The notes under the pieces were generated by a model that was not told the origin of the DNA, did no database searches, and worked only from the letters and a program-made list of their open reading frames with translations. A DNA stretch of 32,000 nucleotides from Pseudodesulfovibrio mercurii (GTDB lineage Bacteria > Desulfobacterota > Desulfovibrionia > Desulfovibrionales > Desulfovibrionaceae): contig NC_016803.1 in NCBI RefSeq assembly GCF_000189295.2, positions 2,070,001 to 2,102,000 on the forward strand, in the 5' to 3' direction. This document shows positions 9,759 to 17,815 of this stretch, one piece after another. The translations under genes and the position numbers were made by a program. Each line of letters begins with the position of its first letter. The first letter of the stretch is position 1.

Positions 9759-11336
9759 ATGCGAGCTGAACCGGCCATGCCCGCATGGCGACCCGCTCTC
9801 TACTACGCACTGACCGTGGCCGGCGGCGCGGTCTACGGCGGCAAGGTCTGCGCCTACATGGCCCACCTGCCGACCTGGAAGCTCGGGCTGGTCATCCTCG
9901 GTCCCTTGGCCGTGGCCTGGCTGGTGCGCGGCAGCATCGAGCGCCGGGTGGTGGAGCGGGCCCGGCCCCTGCGCCGCGCCCTGCGCCAGTTCCAGATGGA
10001 GATGTCCCTGTTCCTGGCCGCCGGACTGGCCTCGGCGGCCATCCTGACCCTGGTCTACCACTACCCCTTCGTTCAGAGCGGGCTGATGCTGATCGTGGGC
10101 ATGTTCGCCGCGGGCCTGTTCGCCGGGCTGGACCTGGCCCTGGCCCGAGAGCGCCAGCTCATCCGCCGGGCGCTCGCGGGCGACGCCCTCTACACCCCGC
10201 CCGACCGGCCCAGCACCATGACCCGCAAGTTCACGGTCTTCGCCATCCTCATCCTGGTCCTGTCCACGGCCGTCATCCTCCTGGTTCTGGTCCGCAACAT
10301 GGGCTGGCTGGCCACCCAGGCCCTGAACCTCGACACCCTGGACATGGTCGGCCGCTCGATCCTGACGGAGGTCCTCATCGTCATGGGCTTCCTCATCGTC
10401 ATGGTCGCCAACCTGGTCATCTCCTACTCCCGGAACATGCGCATGATCTTCGAGAACCAGACCAGGGTCCTGGAAAACGTCAGCCGGGGCGACCTGTCGC
10501 ACCGCGTGCCCGTGCCCACCTCCGACGAGATGGGGGTCATCGCCGCGCACACCAACACCATGATCATGCGCCTGCGCGAAGGCATGCGCATGCGCGAGGG
10601 GCTCAGGATCGCCCAGGAGGTCCAACAGCACTTCCTGCCCAGGAAGCCCCCGCACATGCCGGGCCTGGACATCGCCGGGGTCAGCCTGTTCTCGGACGAG
10701 ACCGGCGGCGACTTCTACGACTTCATCGAGTGCGACCTGAACCATTGCGACCAGCTGGCCGTGGCCGTGGGCGACGTGTCCGGGCACGGCATCGGCGCGG
10801 CCCTGCTCATGACCGCGGGCCGGGCGGTCATCCGCCAGAACGCGGCCACGCCCGGCCCGGCCGCCGAGAACATCCGCCGGGCCAACCTGCACCTGGCCAG
10901 GGACATCGGCGACACCGGCCGGTTCATGACCCTGTTCTTCATGGTCATCGACCCGCTGACGAAAAGGATCACCTGGATCAACGCGGGCCACCCGCCGCCC
11001 CAGGTCTACGACCCGGCCATGGATGCCTTCGACGAGCTCAAGGGCGCGGACATCCCCCTGGGCGTGGAACCGGACTGGACGTACCACGAACAGGTCATGG
11101 ACCTGCCCGCGCCGGGCCGGATTCTGTGCATCTGCACGGACGGGGTCTGCGAGGCGCGCAACCGCGACGGGGCCATGTTCGGGCGCGAGCGCATCCGCGA
11201 GATCCTGCGCGACAACCGGGACCGCAGCGCGCGGGAGATCGTCGCCGCCCTCAGCGAGCGCGTCCTCGCATTCGCCGGGCCGGGGCGGCGCGAGGACGAC
11301 CTGACCCTGGTGGTGATCAAGGGCGCGCCCCGTTGA
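9759..11336 (+). CDS. Membrane-bound HAMP-domain PP2C/SpoIIE-family serine phosphatase
   Basis: About 230 aa of N-terminal hydrophobic segments with short loops are followed by a HAMP-like segment (VSRGDLSHRVPVPTSDEMGVIAAHTNTMIMRL). The PPM domain follows (GGDFYDF, VGDVSGHGIGAALLM, INAGHPPP, CTDGVCEA, EDDLTLVVIK). RBS GAGGGAAGG lies upstream of the ATG at 9759. Confidence 0.85.
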   Translation: MRAEPAMPAWRPALYYALTVAGGAVYGGKVCAYMAHLPTWKLGLVILGPLAVAWLVRGSIERRVVERARPLRRALRQFQMEMSLFLAAGLASAAILTLVYHYPFVQSGLMLIVGMFAAGLFAGLDLALARERQLIRRALAGDALYTPPDRPSTMTRKFTVFAILILVLSTAVILLVLVRNMGWLATQALNLDTLDMVGRSILTEVLIVMGFLIVMVANLVISYSRNMRMIFENQTRVLENVSRGDLSHRVPVPTSDEMGVIAAHTNTMIMRLREGMRMREGLRIAQEVQQHFLPRKPPHMPGLDIAGVSLFSDETGGDFYDFIECDLNHCDQLAVAVGDVSGHGIGAALLMTAGRAVIRQNAATPGPAAENIRRANLHLARDIGDTGRFMTLFFMVIDPLTKRITWINAGHPPPQVYDPAMDAFDELKGADIPLGVEPDWTYHEQVMDLPAPGRILCICTDGVCEARNRDGAMFGRERIREILRDNRDRSAREIVAALSERVLAFAGPGRREDDLTLVVIKGAPR

Positions 11337-11470
11337 CGGACGGGCCCGACGCCGTTTACGACAGGTGCGTGATTTTTGTACACTGATTCCTATTTCAGCT
11401 TGTTTCCGGCGGCCTGAATCGGTATGCTGAGAATGAACGAATCCAGCCAGTTCGAACAGAAAGGACATCA

Positions 11471-12130
11471 ATGAGCAAACCGGGACGACTCATCTCCCTG
11501 CCCTTCTCGAAATCCGTCGAGATCAGCTACAAGAGCCTGAAGGTCCGCTTCTTCCGCTCCATGATCACGGTTTCCAGCCTGGTCCTGGCCGTATCCTTCC
11601 TGAGCTTCGTCCTGGTCAACCTGGACATCGCCACGGGCATGCTCCTGCACGGCGGCAAGGAGGCGGCCAGGGCGCTCTCCCAGGCGGGCTACGACGTGGA
11701 CCTGGCCCAGGGGGCCGTGGCCATGTCGGCCAAGGAGCGCTGGATCGTCATCCTGTCCCTGCTGGTCTGCACCGTGGGCATCGTCAACGCCCAGCTCATG
11801 TCCGTGACCGAGCGGTTCTCGGAGATCGGGGTGATGAAGTGCCTGGGGGCCCTGGACTCCATGATCCTGCGCCTGTTCCTGCTGGAGGCGGGCATGCAGG
11901 GGCTGGCCGGGGCCTTTGCGGGCGCGGTGCTCGGCTGCCTGTTTTCCCTGCTGACCGGGGCCGTGCGCTTCGGTTTCGCGTCCCTTTCAAGCCTGCCGCC
12001 CGCGTCCGTGCTCGGCTCCGTGGGGCTGGCCACCCTGGCGGGCTGCGGCCTGAGCCTGCTCGGCGTGCTCTACCCGGCCTGGCTGGCGGCGCGCATGGAC
12101 CCCATCAAGGCCATCCGTGCGGAACATTGA
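11471..12130 (+). CDS. Short FtsX-family ABC permease (219 aa) with only ~40 aa of extracytoplasmic loop
   Basis: The N-terminus (KSLKVRFFRSMITVSSLVLAVSFLSF) is the typical MacB/FtsX TM1 lead-in. The FtsX core is IVNAQLMSVTERFSEIGVMKCLGALDSMILRLFLLEAGMQGL...YPAWLAARMDPIKAIR. RBS is AAAGGA. Confidence 0.85.
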   Translation: MSKPGRLISLPFSKSVEISYKSLKVRFFRSMITVSSLVLAVSFLSFVLVNLDIATGMLLHGGKEAARALSQAGYDVDLAQGAVAMSAKERWIVILSLLVCTVGIVNAQLMSVTERFSEIGVMKCLGALDSMILRLFLLEAGMQGLAGAFAGAVLGCLFSLLTGAVRFGFASLSSLPPASVLGSVGLATLAGCGLSLLGVLYPAWLAARMDPIKAIRAEH

Positions 12131-12139
12131 GGATAGATT

Positions 12140-12904
12140 ATGAGTGAAGGCAAACGCACCATCGTCCGCGTCATCGGCGTGAAGAAGACCTTCGTCATGG
12201 GCAAGGTCGAGCTCCAGGCCCTCAAGGGCGTGGACCTTGAGATATTCGCCGGGGAATACATCTCCATCATGGGCCCGTCGGGCTCGGGCAAGTCCACCCT
12301 GTTCAACATGATCGGCGGCCTGGACAAGCCCACCGAGGGCAAGGTCTTCATCGACGAGGTGGACATCTCCCAGCTGGACGCCTTCGAGCTGGCCTGGCTC
12401 CGCAACCGCAAGATCGGCTACATCTTCCAGACCTTCAACCTCATCCCGGTGATGACCGCGCTGGAAAACGTCACCCTGCCCATGACCTTTGCGGGCATGA
12501 ACGCGGACGACGCCCAGGACAAGGGCATCGAGCTGCTCAAGCTGGTGGGGCTGGGCGAGCGCTTCCAGCACAAGCCCCTGGAGCTGTCCGGCGGCCAGCA
12601 GCAGCGCGTGGCCGTGGCCCGGTCCCTGGCCAACGACCCGGCCATCGTCCTGGCCGACGAGCCCACCGGCAACCTGGACCTGTCCACGGGCGAGGAGATC
12701 ATCGAGCTGTTGCAGATGCTCTCCCAGGAGCGCGGGGTCACGGTCATCTCGGCCACCCACGACTACAAGATGCTCAACGTGTCCGACCGCGTGGTCTGGG
12801 TGCGCGACGGCCAGGTGGACCGCATCGAGCGGCGCGAGGAGCTGGACATCTCCATCGGCGGCATCGGCGAGAAGCTGACCGGCCACAGGGAACCCGGAGT
12901 CTAG
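12140..12904 (+). CDS. ABC transporter ATP-binding protein, MacB/LolD-type
   Basis: Walker A is GPSGSGKST, the signature is [15 protein letters not shown] and Walker B is [11 protein letters not shown]. It starts 9 nt after the preceding permease, with an AGGA RBS overlapping that stop. Confidence 0.95.
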   Translation: MSEGKRTIVRVIGVKKTFVMGKVELQALKGVDLEIFAGEYISIMGPSGSGKSTLFNMIGGLDKPTEGKVFIDEVDISQLDAFELAWLRNRKIGYIFQTFNLIPVMTALENVTLPMTFAGMNADDAQDKGIELLKLVGLGERFQHKPLELSGGQQQRVAVARSLANDPAIVLADEPTGNLDLSTGEEIIELLQMLSQERGVTVISATHDYKMLNVSDRVVWVRDGQVDRIERREELDISIGGIGEKLTGHREPGV

Positions 12905-12907
12905 CCC

Positions 12908-15900
12908 ATGACCCGGCGCGGCCCGCACATATTCACCGCCCTCCTGGCCCTGTTCCTGGTCGCGGCGGCCGCCTGTCCGGCCCTGGCCGACGGGGCGGAC
13001 TTCCTACGCCGGTTGAGCGAACTCGGCGACCGGTCGCCGGGCAGCCCGGGGGTGGCCAAGGCCGCCGACATGGTCGAGGCCGAGTTCAGGCGTCTGTTCC
13101 CGGACGGGACCCTGGGCCGCCAGTCCTTCCACCTGCCCGTGCAGGTCCAGGAGGGCGCGACCCTGACCGTGGCGGCCAGCGGAATGGTCGAGCCCCTGCG
13201 CCAGCTGCGGGCCAACGCCCTGTCGCCGGGCGCCGTGGCCCCGCCCGGCATCAACGGGCCGCTGCTCTACGCGGGCCGGGGCTACCTGACCGACTTCGAC
13301 GGCATGGCCGTGGAGGGGTCCCTGGTCCTCATGGACATGGACTCGGAAAAGAACTGGAACAACGCGGCCATGCTCGGTGCGCGCGGACTGATCTTCGTGG
13401 GCGAGGGCGGCGACGGCGGCGCGGCCCCCAGGCCCCGCTTCCACGCCAAGTTCGAGCTCACCCCGGTGGACTTTCCCATCTTCTGGCTCTCCCGCGAGCG
13501 GGCCGAGGCCCTGTTCGGCGCGGACCTCCTGACCCGGGGGCCCCACGAACTCGGCCGGGGCACGCTGACCTCCAAGGGCAAGTGGCGCAACGAGCGGCTC
13601 GAGAACGTCTACTGCCGCATCCCGGGCAGCGACCCCCAGCTGGCCAAGCAGACCGTCATCCTGGAGGCCTTCTACGATTCCACCGCCCTGGTGGAGGGGA
13701 CCTCGCCCGGCGCGGACGAGGGCGCGTCCATGGCCGCCCTCATGGACCTGGCCGAAGACCTGGCCGCGCACCGGCCCAAACGCTCGGTCCTGTTCCTGGC
13801 CACGGCGGGCAAGTCCTCGGCCCAGGCGGGCATGCGCGAATTCACCTGGGCCCTGGTGACCAAGGGCAAGGTCCTCAAGGCGCGGCGCGACGAACTCAAG
13901 GCGCTGGTCAAGGACACGAAGCGAACCCTGGCCCTGCTGCGCTCACCCGGACCGCTGGCCCCGGCCAACCTGGCGGACCCGGCGGACGCGGCCCTGCTCA
14001 AGAAGGCCCTCAAGGCCGTGGTCCGCAACCGCGAGGACGACATCACCGGCGAACTCATGCGCCTGCGCCTCCTGACCGGAGGGGAGGACGGCCCGTCCAT
14101 CAAAGGGGAGGCCGCCACCCAGCAGCGCATCCAGGCCCTGGCCGACGAGCGCATCAAGCTCAAGCGGCTGACCTGGATCAGCTCCACCGTGGGCGACTAC
14201 CCCCTGCCCGACGATGAGCGGGCGGTCCTGCAACGGTTCTTCCGGCCCGCCGAACAGCTCCAGGCGGCCATCCTGGCCGACGGCTCCGGCCAGCTCGACG
14301 ACATCGGCTCGGCCCGGTCCGTGCGCGAGGCCCTGGGCGAGACCGCCGTCGCGGCCCACGTCTCCCTGTACCTCTCGTCCCACGGCGACGGCCTGGGCGG
14401 GTTCGACCAGGGGTGGCTCATCGACCTCAAGCCCGACGTCAACCGGACCGGCTTCTTCCGGCCCCTGGACACGGTCATGAAGGGCGCGGTGGAGCGGCTG
14501 AAAACGACCGACCCCGAAACCGCGCACCTGTTCCGCGACACGCTCCGGCCCGGCAAGCGCGCCTGGCAGAGCTATCTGCCCGACCGGCCCAAGCTGGGCG
14601 GTGAGCCCATGGCCCTGGCCGGACTGCCCGGCTTCACCCTGGCCACGGTCCACGACGTGCGCCCGGCCTGGGGCACGCCTTACGACCGGCCCGGCCGCGT
14701 GAATTTCGGTTTTCTGGCCCGGCAGTCCCGGCTGGTCCGCAGCCTGGTCCGGGCCCTGGCCGACGAGCCCATCGCGGACGCGGGCAAGCGGGACAAGAAC
14801 AACTTCGTCACCGTGGAGGGCCGCGCCAACCTGCTGCGCAAGGGCGAGATCTTCCCGGACCGCCCCGGCACCGGCCTGGTCGTCCTGGCCTTCCAGTGGC
14901 AGACGCGCAACTACGGCATGGTCGACACCCAGGGCAACTTCCGCATCCCCGGCCTGGCGGGCAAGAAGGTCAGCTACCACAAGGCGGTCATCGAGGCCTT
15001 CAAGTTCAACGACGAGACCGGCCTGGCCGACTGGGCCATCGACAAGCCCAAGACCGGCAAGGACGCCTACCGCCTGAAGCTGGCCCGCGCGGTCCAGGCC
15101 ACGGACCTGATCCTGTTCGCCTGCACCCAGACCACCCTGTTCGACATGTTCGAGCCCAGGACCTTCAAGTACCTGTACAGGCCGACCCTCATCGACGGCC
15201 GCACCGAGGCCCCGCCCGTGAGCTACTGGTACAGCCGCCTGGACACCCGCTCGTCCACCTTGGGCACCCTGTTCCTGGAGCCCGACACCCCGGTCAAGCT
15301 GACCCTGTCCGACACGGTCCTGGACAAGAAGGTCCTGCTCCTGAACGCGGACAAGGCCCACCCGGAGGGGCTGGGCTTCATCGCCCGCCAGTGGCCGGTC
15401 ATTCCCCTGACCGAGTTCCGCGCGGCCCGGGACATGTGGTCCCTGCTCGGCCCGCGCATCGACAACCTCGAGGAAAAGGGCATCGTCAACGACCGCATCC
15501 GGCTGCTGCGCCGGGAGGGCGACGCCCAGCTGGCCCAGGCCGTGCAATACCGGCAGGAAATGCAATGGGACAAGTTCGTCGAGGCCTCGCGCGCCTCCCT
15601 GTCCAAGGCCAGCCGGGTTTACAACGACGTGGACAAGACCCAGCGCGACGTGCTCTTCGGCGTGCTCTTCTACGTGGCCCTGTTCGTGCCCTTCGCCTAC
15701 TGCATGGAGCGGCTGTTCTTCTCCTTCGTGGACATCAAGAAACGGATCGGGGCCTTCCTCGGCTTCCTGGTCCTGATAATCGGGATCATCTACCTGGTGC
15801 ACCCGGCCTTCCAACTGACCTATTCGCCCCTGGTGGTCATCCTGGCCTTCTTCATCCTGGCCTTGTCGCTTTTGGTCTCGCTGATCATCTTCTTCCGCTT

Positions 15901-17815
15901 CGAGCGCGAGATGGTCGAGCTGCAAAAGCGCTCGTCCCACGTCAAGCTCACCGGGATCAGCCCCATGGCCGCCTTCACCGCCGCCTTCGTGCTGGGCGTG
16001 GGCAACCTCAAGCGGCGGCCCGTGCGCACCTTCCTGACCTTCGCCACCTTGGTCATCCTGACCTTCACGATCATGAACTTCACCACGGTCAAGTCCGTGC
16101 GTCAGGCCGGGTGGGCCAAGTTCAGCGACCACGCCACCTATGACGGGCTCATGGTCAAGTACCTCAACTGGCAGGACATCCCGGTGGAGGCCCTGTCGGT
16201 CATGCACAACGCCTTCGCCGGCACCGGGGTGGTCGCCCCGCGCGTCTGGTACGACACCGGGTTCACCTCGGACAAGTCGCGCGCCCCGCTCATCCCGGTG
16301 GTCCGCGACGGGCGGGAGGCCCAGGGACGCGGCCTCATCGGCCTGTCCTGGCGGGAGCCGCAGGTCAGCGGGCTGGACCGCATCCTGGTCAAGGGCCGCT
16401 GGTTCAGGCAGGACGAGCGGGAGGCCATCCTCCTGCCCCAGCGCATGGCCGAGCGCATCGGGGCCGACCCGGACGATCCCGCGCGCAACAAGGTGGTCCT
16501 CTGGGGGGTGCCCTTCACCCTGGTGGGCGTGTTCAGCGACGACGGGTTGCGCGACCACCCGGACCTGGACGGCGAGCCCATCACGCCCATCGTCTTCCCC
16601 AACCAGGCGGCCACCCAGCTGTCCGAGGTGGAGGCCGAGGCCATCGAGAACGGCGACGACGTCATGGCCGCCGAGTCCCGCTACCAGCACATCCCCGGCT
16701 TCGAGACCGTCATCGTGCCCGCCCGGACCCTGCTCTCCCTGTCCGCCGGACGGCTCAAGGGCATCGCCGTGCACCCCGACACCGGCCACCGGGTGGGCGA
16801 CGACCTGGGCGACCGCTTCGGCCTGCTCCTGTTCAAGGGCGGTCCCGAGGGCACGTCCCTGTACTACGCCTCGGACGCGGTCAACTACTCGGGCGTGGCC
16901 AACATCCTGATTCCGCTGGCCATCTCCATTCTGATCGTGCTCAACACCATGATCGGCTCGGTCTACGAACGCCGCCCGGAGATCGCGGTCTACACCTCGG
17001 TCGGGCTGGCCCCGCCCCATGTGGCCTTCCTGTTCATCGCCGAATCCCTGGCCTTTGCGATCATCTCCGTGGTGGTCGGCTACATCCTGGCCCAGACGTC
17101 CAGCGCCTTCCTGGCCGGGACGCCCCTGTGGGCGGGCATGACCGCCAACTACTCGTCCACCGCTGGCGTGGCCGCCATGGTCCTGGTCATCGGCGTGGTC
17201 CTGATCTCGGCCATCTACCCGGCCCGGGTGGCGGCCAACATCGCCATCCCGGACGTGAACAGGTCCTGGACCATGCCCAAGGCCGAGGGCGACCGCATGA
17301 CCGTGATCCTGCCCTTCCTGATCAAGATGGACGAGATGCGCTCGGCGGGCGGATTCCTGCGCCAGTACTACCTGGCCCACCACGACGTGTCCCACGGGAC
17401 CTTCTGCACCGACGACATGCGCTGCAACTTCCTGGACCTGGAGCGGGAGGAGCTGGCCACCGGCCTGCTGACCGGCGCCGGCCGCGACATCCCCCTGCCC
17501 GACGACCTGTGCTTTTCCATGGACCTGCGCGTCTGGCTGGCGCCCTTCGACTTCGGCGTGCGCCAGAAGGTCAAGCTGGTCTTCTGCCCGTCGGAGGTCT
17601 ATACGGGCTTCCGGCAGATCAAGGTGCTCATCGACCGCGAGGCGGGCGAAGTCACCGCCTGGGAGAACCTGAACCGCAATTTCATCAACGACCTGCGCAA
17701 GCAGCTGCTGGCCTGGCGCTCCCTGGACAACGAGGCCGTGGACCACTACGCCGAGGACCTCGACGCCGAGGAACTGCGGCTCAAGGACGCGCAGGCAGGG
17801 GAGGACGCGGCATGA
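12908..17815 (+). CDS. Giant (1635 aa) FtsX-family permease fused to an N-terminal periplasmic PA/M28 peptidase-like region and a C-terminal cytoplasmic domain
   Basis: Signal peptide (aa 1-28, ALA|DG). PA-like segment at aa ~105-170. M28-like core (LENVYCRIPGSDP..ILEAFYDS..SPGADEGASMAALMDLAEDL..VLFLATAGKS). Three TM segments at aa ~915-997. MacB-type TM1 (RRPVRTFLTFATLVILTFTIMNF), a ~270-aa periplasmic domain, then the FtsX core at aa ~1330-1445 (SVYERRPEIAVYTSVGLAPPHVAFLFIAESL..IYPARVAANI). The ATG lies 3 nt after the ATPase stop. Confidence 0.85.
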   Translation: MTRRGPHIFTALLALFLVAAAACPALADGADFLRRLSELGDRSPGSPGVAKAADMVEAEFRRLFPDGTLGRQSFHLPVQVQEGATLTVAASGMVEPLRQLRANALSPGAVAPPGINGPLLYAGRGYLTDFDGMAVEGSLVLMDMDSEKNWNNAAMLGARGLIFVGEGGDGGAAPRPRFHAKFELTPVDFPIFWLSRERAEALFGADLLTRGPHELGRGTLTSKGKWRNERLENVYCRIPGSDPQLAKQTVILEAFYDSTALVEGTSPGADEGASMAALMDLAEDLAAHRPKRSVLFLATAGKSSAQAGMREFTWALVTKGKVLKARRDELKALVKDTKRTLALLRSPGPLAPANLADPADAALLKKALKAVVRNREDDITGELMRLRLLTGGEDGPSIKGEAATQQRIQALADERIKLKRLTWISSTVGDYPLPDDERAVLQRFFRPAEQLQAAILADGSGQLDDIGSARSVREALGETAVAAHVSLYLSSHGDGLGGFDQGWLIDLKPDVNRTGFFRPLDTVMKGAVERLKTTDPETAHLFRDTLRPGKRAWQSYLPDRPKLGGEPMALAGLPGFTLATVHDVRPAWGTPYDRPGRVNFGFLARQSRLVRSLVRALADEPIADAGKRDKNNFVTVEGRANLLRKGEIFPDRPGTGLVVLAFQWQTRNYGMVDTQGNFRIPGLAGKKVSYHKAVIEAFKFNDETGLADWAIDKPKTGKDAYRLKLARAVQATDLILFACTQTTLFDMFEPRTFKYLYRPTLIDGRTEAPPVSYWYSRLDTRSSTLGTLFLEPDTPVKLTLSDTVLDKKVLLLNADKAHPEGLGFIARQWPVIPLTEFRAARDMWSLLGPRIDNLEEKGIVNDRIRLLRREGDAQLAQAVQYRQEMQWDKFVEASRASLSKASRVYNDVDKTQRDVLFGVLFYVALFVPFAYCMERLFFSFVDIKKRIGAFLGFLVLIIGIIYLVHPAFQLTYSPLVVILAFFILALSLLVSLIIFFRFEREMVELQKRSSHVKLTGISPMAAFTAAFVLGVGNLKRRPVRTFLTFATLVILTFTIMNFTTVKSVRQAGWAKFSDHATYDGLMVKYLNWQDIPVEALSVMHNAFAGTGVVAPRVWYDTGFTSDKSRAPLIPVVRDGREAQGRGLIGLSWREPQVSGLDRILVKGRWFRQDEREAILLPQRMAERIGADPDDPARNKVVLWGVPFTLVGVFSDDGLRDHPDLDGEPITPIVFPNQAATQLSEVEAEAIENGDDVMAAESRYQHIPGFETVIVPARTLLSLSAGRLKGIAVHPDTGHRVGDDLGDRFGLLLFKGGPEGTSLYYASDAVNYSGVANILIPLAISILIVLNTMIGSVYERRPEIAVYTSVGLAPPHVAFLFIAESLAFAIISVVVGYILAQTSSAFLAGTPLWAGMTANYSSTAGVAAMVLVIGVVLISAIYPARVAANIAIPDVNRSWTMPKAEGDRMTVILPFLIKMDEMRSAGGFLRQYYLAHHDVSHGTFCTDDMRCNFLDLEREELATGLLTGAGRDIPLPDDLCFSMDLRVWLAPFDFGVRQKVKLVFCPSEVYTGFRQIKVLIDREAGEVTAWENLNRNFINDLRKQLLAWRSLDNEAVDHYAEDLDAEELRLKDAQAGEDAA

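Noticed and set aside
11437-11460. tRNA-like T-loop string (CCAGTTCGAACAG) and a general scan for tRNA, tmRNA, RNase P or SRP RNA in the long intergenic regions.
   Set aside because: There is no acceptor/anticodon-arm complementarity around the GTTCGAA. I found none of the conserved RNase P (GAGGAAAGUCC), tmRNA or 4.5S motifs by eye.
12140-12904. C-terminal ~30-aa extension of the ABC ATPase (..[27 protein letters not shown]) as a separate regulatory domain.
   Set aside because: It is too short and too featureless to interpret, and such tails are common in MacB/LolD-type ATPases.
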